A DNA stretch of 64,000 nucleotides from Alphaproteobacteria bacterium (GTDB lineage: Bacteria; Pseudomonadota; Alphaproteobacteria; JAAXGF01), in the NCBI GenBank assembly GCA_963555825.3, contig CAUVXB020000001.1, positions 1,120,001 to 1,184,000 on the forward strand, written 5' to 3'. The position numbers were made by a program, and so were the translations under genes. A model generated the notes under the pieces. It did not search any database and had not been told where the DNA came from. It saw only the letters and a program-made list of their open reading frames with translations. This document shows, one piece after another, positions 31,949 to 41,034 of the stretch. The number at the start of each line of letters is the position of its first letter. Within the stretch, counting starts at the first letter, position 1.

Positions 31949-32787
31949 CGACCGGTCACCGCGGCGATAACGAGGCGCAGCTTGCGGCCGAGGCCCGAGG
32001 CCGCGAGGCTTGGGTCGAAGACATCGTGGCGCGCACTTGCCAGGCGCGCCAGATCACGCGCCGCCAGCGTCGCCGGCAGCAGCGCGGCGAGCGCATCCCT
32101 TGGCACCTTGCCACGCAACGCCCGCGCGGCATCGAGATGGACGCGCGCAGCATCGGCGACTTGTTTCGCAACCACAGACAGGCCCGCCGGGGACCGTCCC
32201 GCGAAGACCTCTCCCCGCGTGACCCCCGCTGCCGCCAGAAGTTCCACCGGCAGATAAAGCCGGCCCGCACTGGCGTGAAACGGCACCGCGCGCAGCAGAC
32301 CGGTGAGCGCCCAGGCGATGCCGACATGCCGCGCCGCCTCGCGCGCGCCCGCGCCGCCGCCCAGCACGCCGACAGCCAATCGCGCGAGCGTCGCCGAGGT
32401 GCCATCGGCATAATCCTCGAGCGCCGCGAGATCGGCCGGCGGTTCGTCGTCGAGGTCACGTTCGCGGCTGTCGATCAGGCGGTCGATCTCGGCGCGTTCG
32501 AGGCCGCCGGCGGCGGCCGCGGCGGCAAGCGCCGCGGCGACATCGTGCTTCGGCGGCTTGCCGTCATAGATCGCGGCGACCGCGTCACGCCACCATTGCA
32601 GGCGGATCATGCCGAGCATCGGCTCGCTGACCTGCTCGCGGGTGCGCGCGATTTCGTCGTTGAAGGCGTAAAGCGCGAACAACGCCTCGCGCCGCGCGGC
32701 GGGGGCGAACAGCGTGCACAGGTAGCGATCGGGATCGTGGCGCCGCACTTGTTCGGCGCAGGGTGATAGCGTTGTCGCGCGCGGCAT
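31942..32787 (-). CDS. Phytoene/squalene synthase family protein (NDUFAF6-like)
   Basis: DPDRYL, EPMLGMIRLQWWRD. Confidence 0.88.
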   Translation of the reverse strand: MPRATTLSPCAEQVRRHDPDRYLCTLFAPAARREALFALYAFNDEIARTREQVSEPMLGMIRLQWWRDAVAAIYDGKPPKHDVAAALAAAAAAGGLERAEIDRLIDSRERDLDDEPPADLAALEDYADGTSATLARLAVGVLGGGAGAREAARHVGIAWALTGLLRAVPFHASAGRLYLPVELLAAAGVTRGEVFAGRSPAGLSVVAKQVADAARVHLDAARALRGKVPRDALAALLPATLAARDLARLASARHDVFDPSLAASGLGRKLRLVIAAVTGRY

Positions 32788-32905
32788 CGGGTTCAGCTCA
32801 TATTCGCCACAAATTCTTTCGATGGCTTTGATCTCGCGGCAGTTTGCCATATATTGACGCCGCTTGGTGGGCACCGGGCGCACATGGGGTAAAAGGGCTG
32901 GAAAA

Positions 32906-33511
32906 ATGGCTAAGATTCTCGGATCGATTCAAAATACCGTCATCGCGGGCTTCGTGCTCGCGGTCATCCTCTTCATTCTCTACTACGGCATCGAGGGATA
33001 TACCGGCAGCGACTTCGGCGCCTTCTTCTGGCGTTGGCTGCACGTCATCTCCGGCGTCATGTGGATCGGCCTGTTGTGGTACTTCAACTTCGTCCAGATC
33101 CCGTCGATGCCGAAGATTCCCGACGACCAGAAGCCGGCGATCGGCAAGGTGATCGCGCCGGCGGCGCTGTTCTGGTTCCGCTGGGCGGCGATGGCGACGA
33201 TCGTCACCGGACTCATTCTCGCCATGACCAACGGCTACATCGTCGAGTCGCTCACGCTCGGCATCGTCGGCGGCGAGTTCGGCCACACCTCGATCGGTAT
33301 CGGCATGTGGCTGGGCATCGTCATGTGGTTCAACGTCTGGTTCGTCATCTGGCCGAACCAGAAGAAGGCGCTCGGCATGGTCGAGGTCGGCGCCGACGAG
33401 AAGGCGGCGGCGGCGCGCACGGCGATGCTGTTCTCGCGCACCAACACGCTGTTGTCGTTCCCGATGCTGTTCGCCATGGTCTCGGGGCAAGCGCTCTATC
33501 ACATCTCGTGA
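32906..33511 (+). CDS. PuuD/Urate_ox_N-like membrane protein
   Basis: RWLHVISGVMWIGLLWYFNFVQ, NVWFVIWPNQKK, SRTNT. Confidence 0.8.
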   Translation: MAKILGSIQNTVIAGFVLAVILFILYYGIEGYTGSDFGAFFWRWLHVISGVMWIGLLWYFNFVQIPSMPKIPDDQKPAIGKVIAPAALFWFRWAAMATIVTGLILAMTNGYIVESLTLGIVGGEFGHTSIGIGMWLGIVMWFNVWFVIWPNQKKALGMVEVGADEKAAAARTAMLFSRTNTLLSFPMLFAMVSGQALYHIS

Positions 33512-33537
33512 CACCCGACAGGCGAATCGACTGAACC

Positions 33538-33567
33538 GGAAGGGGGCCCTCGGGCCCCTTTCCTTTT
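33538..33567 (+). terminator. Rho-independent terminator
   Basis: GGAAGGGGGCCC-TC-GGGCCCCTTTCC followed by TTTT. Confidence 0.75.
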
Positions 33568-33581
33568 GCCGATAGTGCCTT

Positions 33582-33826
33582 ATTCGATCAATCGGGATCG
33601 GTCGGAATCTACCAGCCCGCGCCAACCTTATTGGGACAAGAAGGGGCCGCCGACCGTTCGGCCAGTCCTTGTGGGATCAAGAATGGCCTTGTGGGATCAA
33701 GAATGGCCTTGTGGGATCAAGAATGGCCTTGTGGGATCAAGAATGGCCTTGTGGGATCAAGATGGCCTTGTGGGATAAAGATTGGCCTTGTGGGATAAAG
33801 ATTGGCATGCGCGGCGATTGAGCGCA
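33582..33826 (+). repeat. Dispersed repeat element, copy 1: leader + 7 x 20-bp tandem units + tail
   Basis: CCTTGTGGGATCAAGAATGG units at 33667-33805; leader and tail shared with 40845-41011. Confidence 0.9.
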
Positions 33827-33844
33827 GGTCACCTTTAGGTGACC
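33827..33844. terminator. Palindromic hairpin downstream of tam
   Basis: GGTCACCT-TT-AGGTGACC. Confidence 0.45.
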
Positions 33845-33854
33845 GCACAACAAA

Positions 33855-34628
33855 CTAGCGAAGCGCGACGATGAACAGGCGGCGGAACGGCAGCAGCGTC
33901 CGGCCGTCGGCGCGGCGCGGATAGGCGCGCGCGATGCGCGCCGTATAGTCGGCCAGAAAGCCGGCGCGCTCGGCCTCGTCGAGCGGCGTGAGATAGGGCC
34001 TGAGCCCGGTTCCCTTGGTCCATTCAACGACCGGGTCCGCTCCCTCGAGCACGTGGACGTATTCGGTTTCCCAGATGTCGAGGCGCGTTACGTGAGGCGC
34101 CACGATGTCGTAGTAGGCATCGGGTTCGGCGACCGGCTTGAAGGGGCGCATGTCGCCGAGCTTGGTCCGCCACGGACCGGCCACCGCGGCTTCGCGCATA
34201 CATTGGTGGCTCGGCGCGTCGTGGTTGCGCGGCATCTGCACGGCGAGCGTGCCACCCGACGCAACCATCCCGGCAAGCCTCGGGAACAGCACCGCGTGGT
34301 CGCCGACCCACTGCAGCGATGCGTTGGCGAAGACAAGATCGGCCGCTTCCGGCGCCTGCCAAACGGCGGCGTCGGCCTCGATCCATTCGATCTCGGGATC
34401 GACCTCGCGTGCCTTGGCAAGCATCGCGGCGGAACTGTCGACGCCGGTGATCGTGGCCGCGGGCCAGCGCGCCCTGAGCAGACCGGTCACGCGCCCGTCG
34501 CCACAGCCTAGGTCGTAGATGCGGCCGGCGGCGTCGAGCGGGACGCGGGCGAGCAGATCGTGGACCGGGCGCTCGCGCTCACCGCCGAACTTGCCGTATT
34601 GCGCGGGATCCCAGACCGTCCGCGCCAT
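33855..34628 (-). CDS. tam: Trans-aconitate 2-methyltransferase
   Basis: WDPAQY..F..ER.RP..DLL, DLGCGDG, KGTGLRPYL, PFRRLFIVA. Confidence 0.88.
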   Translation of the reverse strand: MARTVWDPAQYGKFGGERERPVHDLLARVPLDAAGRIYDLGCGDGRVTGLLRARWPAATITGVDSSAAMLAKAREVDPEIEWIEADAAVWQAPEAADLVFANASLQWVGDHAVLFPRLAGMVASGGTLAVQMPRNHDAPSHQCMREAAVAGPWRTKLGDMRPFKPVAEPDAYYDIVAPHVTRLDIWETEYVHVLEGADPVVEWTKGTGLRPYLTPLDEAERAGFLADYTARIARAYPRRADGRTLLPFRRLFIVALR

Positions 34629-34630
34629 AG

Positions 34631-35008
34631 CTAATCGACCGCGATGAGCGCGGCGGCGACGCGGCGCGCTTCGGCCAGGAGGACGTTGTAGGTGCGGCAG
34701 GCCGCGCCGGTGTCCATGACGTCGAGCGCGATGCCGGCATCGCGAATGGCGGCGCGTAACGCGGCCGGCGCGGGCAACATTTGGGCGCCCGAGCCGATCA
34801 GCAGAATTTCGACCGCCGGCACGGCGGCGGTCACGACGGCAAGGCTCTCGGGCGTCACCTGGGCGAAGGCGGCGACCGGCCAGGCGACCAGGCGGTCGGG
34901 AAAGACCAGCATCGAGCCGGTCACCCGGTTGCCGTCGATCGTGAAGCCGCCCGCGCCGTATCCTTGGATGATCGTGCGTCCGACCGGGATCTGCGGGGTG
35001 ATGTCCAT
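34631..35008 (-). CDS. Mth938-like (NDUFAF3/DUF498) protein
   Basis: MDTGAACRTYNVLLAEARRVAAAL; follows secF. Confidence 0.9.
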   Translation of the reverse strand: MDITPQIPVGRTIIQGYGAGGFTIDGNRVTGSMLVFPDRLVAWPVAAFAQVTPESLAVVTAAVPAVEILLIGSGAQMLPAPAALRAAIRDAGIALDVMDTGAACRTYNVLLAEARRVAAALIAVD

Positions 35009-35037
35009 GGCAATCGCGGCGCCGCTGGGCGCGGCGT

Positions 35038-35991
35038 TCAGACCGACGGCTCTTCGGCCTCGGCGGCGTCGTCTTGGTCGCGCGCCGGGCCACGGCGCAC
35101 GCCGAGCACGAGCAGCAACGGGACGGCGATGAAAATCGACGAATAGGTGCCGACCACGACGCCCCAGATCATCGCGAAGGTGAAGCCGGCGAGCACCTCG
35201 CCGCCGAAGAAATAGAGCGCGAACAGGGCCAGCAGCGTGGTCAGCGAGGTCATCGTCGTGCGCGCCAGCGTATTGTTGACGCTGAGGTCGAGCAGATCGG
35301 GTATCGGCATGGTCTTGAATTTGCGCAGGTTCTCGCGCACCCGGTCGTAGATCACCACCGTGTCGTTGATCGAATAGCCGACGATGGTCAGGATCGCCGC
35401 GATACTCGCCAGATTGAACTCGATGCCGGTCAGCGAGAACATGCCGACGGTGAGCCCGACGTCGTGGAGCAGCGCGAGCACCGCGCCGATGCTGAACTGC
35501 CATTCGAAACGGAACCATATGTACAGCAGCATCAGCACGACAGCGCTCAAGACCGCGATGGTGCCCGCCTCGACCAGCTCGGCGCTCACCTTCGGCCCGA
35601 CGAACTCGACGCGCCGATAGCTCATCTCGCCATCGCCCAGGCCGGCAAGCGCCTGCTTGACGGTCTCGACCGCTTCGAGCTGCGCCTTCTCGCCGCCGGG
35701 CTGGCGCGCGACGCGGATCAGCACATCGTCGGCGGCGCCGAATTCCTGCAGCGCCACTTCGCCCAGCCCGATATCGCCGAGCACGCTGCGCATGCGCCCG
35801 ATATCCGCTGGGCCCGACGTCTGGACCTCGATCAGAATGCCGCCCAGGAAGTCGATGCCGAGATTGAGGCCGCGCACGAGGAACAGCCCCGCCGAGGCGA
35901 CGATCGCAGCCAGCGAGACGGCGAAGAAGATGCGCCTGAGGCCGACCAACCTGAAGGTCGTCTTGTGCGGGATCAGGCGAAGGCCCTGCAT
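35038..35991 (-). CDS. secF: Protein translocase subunit SecF
   Basis: GIDFLGG, VGPKVSAEL, GYSINDTVVIYDRVRE. Confidence 0.95.
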   Translation of the reverse strand: MQGLRLIPHKTTFRLVGLRRIFFAVSLAAIVASAGLFLVRGLNLGIDFLGGILIEVQTSGPADIGRMRSVLGDIGLGEVALQEFGAADDVLIRVARQPGGEKAQLEAVETVKQALAGLGDGEMSYRRVEFVGPKVSAELVEAGTIAVLSAVVLMLLYIWFRFEWQFSIGAVLALLHDVGLTVGMFSLTGIEFNLASIAAILTIVGYSINDTVVIYDRVRENLRKFKTMPIPDLLDLSVNNTLARTTMTSLTTLLALFALYFFGGEVLAGFTFAMIWGVVVGTYSSIFIAVPLLLVLGVRRGPARDQDDAAEAEEPSV

Positions 35992-36003
35992 CGTCCGTTC
36001 CCG

Positions 36004-37581
36004 CTATACCGGCAGGGTCTGCGGCCGGGTACGGCGCAGCCAGACGACGATCAACAGCCGCGTCACCATGACCGCGGTGAACAGCGAGGTGCAGATGCCG
36101 ATGGCGAGCGTCACGCCGAAGCCCTTGACCGGCCCCGAGCCGAGCCCGAACAAGAGGATCGCGGCGATCAGCGTGGTGACGTTCGAATCGATGATCGTGG
36201 TCAGCGCGCGCTGATAGCCGGCGTCGACCGCCGAGAACGGCGTCCGCCCGTTGGCGAGCTCCTCGCGGATGCGTTCGAACACCAGCACGTTGGCGTCGAC
36301 CGCCATGCCGATGGTCAAGACGATGCCGGCGATGCCGGGCAGCGTCAGCGTCGCCTGCAACAGCGACAGCACCGCCGCGATGATCACGATGTTGAAGATC
36401 AGCGCGACGTTGGCGGCGAGGCCGAACAGGTTGTAGGCGACCGCCATGAAGACGATGACCAGCGTCAGTCCGAGCACGGCGGCGATCTTGCCGGCGCGGA
36501 TCGAATCGGCGCCGAGGTCGGGGCCGACGGTACGCTCCTCGAGGATGGTCAGCGGCGCGGGCAGCGCGCCAGCGCGCAACAGGAGCGCGAGATCGGTCGC
36601 GCCTTGCGTCGTGAAACTGCCCGAAATCACGCCGCGGCCGCCGGTGATCGGCTCGCGGATGACCGGCGCGCTGATCACTTTGTTGTCGAGCACGATGGCG
36701 AACGGCCGGCCGACGTTATCGGTGGTTACCTTGGCGAACTTGCGGGCGCCGACCGAATCGAAGCTGAAGGCGACGACGGCCTCGCCGGTCTGGAAGCTGG
36801 GCTGGGCGTCGACCAGGTTTTCGCCGCTGACCATGATGCGCTTGCGCACGACGTATTGGATCGGCCGGCCGGTCGAATCGATCTCGTCGTCGGAATCGAG
36901 CAATTCGGACCCGGCCGGCAGACGGCCCGCGCGCGCGTCGGCAACCGTGGTGTTGGGATCGACCAGTCGGAAGTGCAGCTTGGCGGTCTTGCCGAGCAAG
37001 CGCTTGATGCGGTCGGGGTCGTCGACGCCGGGCAGTTGGACCAGGATGCGTTCGCGACCCTGGCGCTGGATGGTCGGCTCGCGCGTGCCGGTCTCGTCGA
37101 TGCGCCGGCGGACGATTTCGAGCGATTGGGTGATCGCCGAATCGCGGATCGCGTTGAGCGCTACTTCGGTGAGGATGATCGAGACGGCGCCGTCTTCGGT
37201 CGCCGTGATCGTCGCGTTGGGATCGACGTCGGCGAGCAGCGCCTTGGCGTCGGCGATCGTCGCGGGATCGACCAGTCGCAGGCTGACGCCGCTCGCGCTG
37301 GCACCGAGCCCCTTGTAGCCGATGCGCGCGCCGCGTAGGGCGACCCGCGCCTCGTCGACCAGCGCCTCCAGACGCTCCTTGACGACAGCGCTGACCTCGA
37401 CCTCGAGCAGGAGGTGGGAGCCGCCCTGCAGGTCGAGACCCAGATTGAGCTGCTGATGCGGCAGCCAAGTGGGTATGGCATCGGCCTGATCGCGGCTCAA
37501 CAGGTTGGGCGCCGCGAACACGAGGCCAGCGAGACAGACCCCGATGACGAGGATGATCTTCCAGGGTGCGAAATAGAGCAT
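36004..37581 (-). CDS. secD: Protein translocase subunit SecD
   Basis: LGLDLQGG, GMAVDANVLVFERIREE. Confidence 0.95.
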   Translation of the reverse strand: MLYFAPWKIILVIGVCLAGLVFAAPNLLSRDQADAIPTWLPHQQLNLGLDLQGGSHLLLEVEVSAVVKERLEALVDEARVALRGARIGYKGLGASASGVSLRLVDPATIADAKALLADVDPNATITATEDGAVSIILTEVALNAIRDSAITQSLEIVRRRIDETGTREPTIQRQGRERILVQLPGVDDPDRIKRLLGKTAKLHFRLVDPNTTVADARAGRLPAGSELLDSDDEIDSTGRPIQYVVRKRIMVSGENLVDAQPSFQTGEAVVAFSFDSVGARKFAKVTTDNVGRPFAIVLDNKVISAPVIREPITGGRGVISGSFTTQGATDLALLLRAGALPAPLTILEERTVGPDLGADSIRAGKIAAVLGLTLVIVFMAVAYNLFGLAANVALIFNIVIIAAVLSLLQATLTLPGIAGIVLTIGMAVDANVLVFERIREELANGRTPFSAVDAGYQRALTTIIDSNVTTLIAAILLFGLGSGPVKGFGVTLAIGICTSLFTAVMVTRLLIVVWLRRTRPQTLPV

Positions 37582-37592
37582 CGAGCGGTAGC

Positions 37593-38060
37593 TCAGCCGT
37601 CCTTATCGACGGTTCGCTTGCGGCCTTTCTTCATCGACCCGCCATCGCCGTCACCGCCGTCCTTATCGACGGTTCGCTTGCGGCCTTTCTTCATCGACCC
37701 GCCATCGCCGTCACCGCCGCCCTTGGCGTCATCGTTGGCGGCCGGCTCGGTCTGCGCCTTCAGCTCGGAGACCGTCGAGCGCAGCACGCGGACGCGCAGG
37801 TTCGGCGCGATCTCGACAAGCAATTCGTTGGGGCCCTCGACGCGCGTGACCTTGCCGACGATGCCGCCACCGGTGACAATGCGGTCGCCGCGCCCGAGGT
37901 TGTCGAGCATCGCGCGGTGCGCTTTCATCTTCTTCTGCTGCGGCCGGATCATCAGGAAGTAGAACACGACGAAGATCAGGATGAACGGCAGGAACATCTC
38001 GAATCCGCCCCCGCCGGCGCCGCCGGCAGCCTGTGCGTAGGCCGGTGAAATGAACAGCAT
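37593..38060 (-). CDS. yajC: Preprotein translocase subunit YajC
   Basis: FYFLMIRPQQKK, GDRIVTGGGIVG. Confidence 0.93.
   Translation of the reverse strand: MLFISPAYAQAAGGAGGGGFEMFLPFILIFVVFYFLMIRPQQKKMKAHRAMLDNLGRGDRIVTGGGIVGKVTRVEGPNELLVEIAPNLRVRVLRSTVSELKAQTEPAANDDAKGGGDGDGGSMKKGRKRTVDKDGGDGDGGSMKKGRKRTVDKDG
37596..37719. repeat. Perfect 60-bp tandem duplication in the yajC 3' end
   Basis: 37596-37655 equals 37656-37715; encodes GGDGDGGSMKKGRKRTVDKD twice. Confidence 0.9.
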
Positions 38061-38215
38061 CGAGGTCTCCTTGGCTTCCCTCAAAGGCCAGCGGACTATA
38101 GCGGCAGTCGGCGGTTTTGCAAGCGGCGCCAAATGCGCCGGTTGAGGCGTCGGTATTGACCCTTTGGTCGCCTGTGATACGGTGCCGCGCCTGTTGCCAA
38201 GCCAAGGTCGTTGCC

Positions 38216-39073
38216 ATGCTCGATCCGACGCTCGAACCCCTGCTCCGCCGTATCGCCGATGCGCTCGACCGCATCGCGCAACCGGCGCCCGCCGATGCCG
38301 ATCTCGGAACGGCGGATGCTTTCGTCTGGCACGCCGAGAGCAATGTCTTGAAGGCGGTGCACGACGTCAACACCATCGATTACGCGCTGCTCAAGGGCAT
38401 CGACCGGGTGCGCGACATCCTGATGGAGAACACGCTGCGCTTCGCCGACGGCGTGCCGGCCAACAACGCGCTGCTGTGGGGTGCGCGCGGCATGGGCAAG
38501 AGCTCGCTGGTCAAGGCGCTGCACGCAAAGGTCAATGCCGATCGGCCTGGCGCGCTGGCGCTGGTCGAGATCCACCGCGAGGACATCCTCTCCCTGCCCC
38601 GTCTCCTGACCCGACTGCGCGACGCCGAGCGGCGCGTCGTCATCTTCTGCGACGACCTGTCGTTCGACGGCCCCGACACCAGCTACAAGTCGCTCAAGGC
38701 GGTGCTCGAGGGCGGCATCGAGGGCCGCCCCGACAACGTGCTGTTCTACGCCACCTCGAACCGCCGCCACCTGATGCCGCGCGACATGATCGAGAACGAG
38801 CGTTCGACCGCGATCAGCCCGTCCGAGGCGGTCGACGAAAAGGTCTCGATGTCGGACCGCTTCGGCCTGTGGCTCGGCTTCCACGGCTGCACCCAGGACG
38901 TCTACCTCGACATCGTCGCCGGCTATGTCGCCCATTACGGCCTCGACACCGAGCCCGAAGCGCTGCGCGCCGACGCCATCGAATGGTCGATGACGCGCGG
39001 CGCCCGCTCGGGCCGGGTCGCCTGGCAGTTCATCCAGGACGTCGCCGGCCGCCAGGGCAAGCGGCTGGGCTAA
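38216..39073 (+). CDS. DUF815 family AAA+ ATPase
   Basis: LWGARGMGKSS, FCDDLSF, YATSNRRHL, SGRVAWQF. Confidence 0.9.
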   Translation: MLDPTLEPLLRRIADALDRIAQPAPADADLGTADAFVWHAESNVLKAVHDVNTIDYALLKGIDRVRDILMENTLRFADGVPANNALLWGARGMGKSSLVKALHAKVNADRPGALALVEIHREDILSLPRLLTRLRDAERRVVIFCDDLSFDGPDTSYKSLKAVLEGGIEGRPDNVLFYATSNRRHLMPRDMIENERSTAISPSEAVDEKVSMSDRFGLWLGFHGCTQDVYLDIVAGYVAHYGLDTEPEALRADAIEWSMTRGARSGRVAWQFIQDVAGRQGKRLG

Positions 39074-39099
39074 TTCACGAGCCCGACGGGGTCGCGCGT

Positions 39100-40125
39100 A
39101 TGCAGTTCAGCTTCTATTTGCCGTGCTATTGGCCCGATACCGGCGTGCATGCGCATGTCATGTACGCCGAGATGCTCGACCAGGCGGTGCGCGCCGAGGA
39201 ACTCGGTTTCGCCATGCTCGGCGTGCCGGAGCATCATTTCATCAACTACCTGGTCCACCCGAGCCCGCTGCTGAGCGCGGTCAAGGTGGCGAGCGTGACC
39301 GGGCATATCCCGATCATCACCTCGGTGCTGGTACTGCCGTTTCTCGACATGCGCCGGATCGCCGGCGAGATCGCCCAGGCCGACTGCCTGACCGACGGGC
39401 GCATTCATCTCGGCGTCGGGCGCGGCGCGTTCCGCTATGAGTTCGACCGCTTCGGCGTGACGCCCGAGGAAAGCCGCGCCAAGTTCGACGACAGCCTGGC
39501 ACTGTTGAAGGCGCTGTTGAGCGAGACCGAGGTGTCGTGGGACAGCCCGTACTACAACTTCGCGCCGCTGACCATCACGCCGCGGCCTCTGCAGCAGCCC
39601 TATCCGCCGATCTGGATCGCCGCGCTCGGCTACGAGGCGATCTACCATTCGGTGCTGAACGGCTACCACGTCATGACGACGCCGCTGCGCGATCCCTTCG
39701 CGGTCGCCAGGATGCAGGCCGGCGCGTTCGCCGACGCCGTCGCCGCCGGCGGCGCCGATACGGCGGGGCGCATGTTCTCGATGCTGCGCATGCTCTATGT
39801 CGCCGAGGACGAGGCCGACCGCCGCGCGAAGCTCGAGATCGCCTATGCCAACCACCGGCGTTTCGTCAACGTCTTCGACACGCCCGGCGAGGTCGTCGAC
39901 GGCGCGATCGTGCCGATCGATGTCGCCGAGACCGTCGAGGACATCGGCGAGGCGCTGCTCATCGGCACGGCGGCCGAGTGCATCGACAAGCTGACGCCCT
40001 ACGCGGAACTCGGTATCTTCGACCTGATGCTCAACATGAGCTTCGGCGCCAGACACGCGGATGTGCTGGCGTCGATGGACCGTTTCGCGGCCGACGTGAT
40101 GCCACATTTTACCGCACAACCATGA
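39100..40125 (+). CDS. Luciferase-like (LLM) flavin-dependent monooxygenase, paralog of 19926-20960
   Basis: MQFSFYLPCY, VPEHHFIN, VLPFLDMRRIAGEIA. Confidence 0.88.
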   Translation: MQFSFYLPCYWPDTGVHAHVMYAEMLDQAVRAEELGFAMLGVPEHHFINYLVHPSPLLSAVKVASVTGHIPIITSVLVLPFLDMRRIAGEIAQADCLTDGRIHLGVGRGAFRYEFDRFGVTPEESRAKFDDSLALLKALLSETEVSWDSPYYNFAPLTITPRPLQQPYPPIWIAALGYEAIYHSVLNGYHVMTTPLRDPFAVARMQAGAFADAVAAGGADTAGRMFSMLRMLYVAEDEADRRAKLEIAYANHRRFVNVFDTPGEVVDGAIVPIDVAETVEDIGEALLIGTAAECIDKLTPYAELGIFDLMLNMSFGARHADVLASMDRFAADVMPHFTAQP

Positions 40126-40135
40126 GGTCACGCAG

Positions 40136-40834
40136 ATGACACCCAGCTACCAACACGCCCTGATCGTCGGCGCCGGCGCCGGCCTTTCCGCTTCGCTCGC
40201 CCGCAAGTTCGCCGGCGAAGGCCTCAACGTCTCGCTCGCCGCGCGCGACCCCGGCAGTCTTGCCGCGCTGTGCCAAGAGACCGGCGCCGACGCCCTCGCC
40301 TGCGACGCGTCGTCGCGCGAAGATGTCGCCGCGCTCTTCGCCGCGCTCGACGGCGGTGCCGGCGCGCCCGACGTCGTCGTCTACAACCCGAGCGCCCGGG
40401 TGCGCGGGCCGTTCATCGAGATCGACGCCGCAGGCGTCGAGAAGGCGCTCAAAATCACCGCCTATGGCGGCTTCCTGGTCGCCCAGGAGGCCGCCCGGCG
40501 CATGGTCGAGAACCGACACGGCGCGATCCTGTTCACCGGCGCCTCGGCCAGCGTCAAGGGCTATGTCCACTCGGCGTCCTTCGCGATGGGCAAGTTCGCG
40601 CTGCGCGGCCTGGCGCAATCGATCGCGCGCGAGCTCGCGCCCTCGGGCATCCATGTCGCACATTTCGTGATCGACGGCGGCATCCGCAACTCGGGTCACA
40701 CCGAAGCCGCCGACAATCCCGACAGCATGCTCGATCCCGACGCCATCGCGGCGAGCTATTGGAGCGTGCTGGCCCAGGACCGCAGCGCCTGGACCTGGGA
40801 GATCGAGCTGCGCCCCTGGGTCGAGACTTTCTGA
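40136..40834 (+). CDS. Short-chain dehydrogenase/reductase
   Basis: GAGAGLS, FAMGKFALRGLAQSIAREL, WTWEIELRPW. Confidence 0.9.
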   Translation: MTPSYQHALIVGAGAGLSASLARKFAGEGLNVSLAARDPGSLAALCQETGADALACDASSREDVAALFAALDGGAGAPDVVVYNPSARVRGPFIEIDAAGVEKALKITAYGGFLVAQEAARRMVENRHGAILFTGASASVKGYVHSASFAMGKFALRGLAQSIARELAPSGIHVAHFVIDGGIRNSGHTEAADNPDSMLDPDAIAASYWSVLAQDRSAWTWEIELRPWVETF

Positions 40835-40844
40835 GAGTTTTTTC

Positions 40845-41011
40845 TGCGGTCAAACGCCGCGCATGCCAATCTTAATCCCACAAGGCCATTCTTAATCCCA
40901 TAAGGCCATTCTTAATCCCATAAGGATTGGCCGAACGGTCGGCGGCCCCCCTCTTGTCCCAATAAGACTGGCGCGGGCTGGAAGAACTCGATCAACGCAA
41001 ATTGATCGAAT
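40845..41011 (-). repeat. Dispersed repeat element, copy 2: leader + 3 x 20-bp units + tail
   Basis: Reverse complement contains CCTTATGGGATTAAGAATGG units (40866-40925) with the same flanks as copy 1. Confidence 0.9.
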
Positions 41012-41034
41012 GGTCCTTTGGCGCGGCCCGGCCG

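Noticed and set aside
33566-33778. 70-aa ORF across the 20-bp array
   Set aside because: Starts within a terminator, the repeat is not in triplet phase, and the frame is not maintained between copies
33667-33805. CRISPR array
   Set aside because: Units are directly abutting with no unique spacers, and there are no cas genes in the window
35074-37338. Long antisense ORFs (here and over aapM, serS, fbpB, trmFO etc.)
   Set aside because: Shadow frames typical of high-GC coding DNA; no recognisable domains
38164-40125. 653-aa ORF as a DUF815-LLM fusion
   Set aside because: DUF815 is in a different frame with its own stop; the LLM starts at 39100
33582-41011. Composite transposon bounded by the two inverted repeat elements
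   Set aside because: It encloses core secDF-yajC in conserved order, with no transposase or target duplication seen, and the copies are diverged
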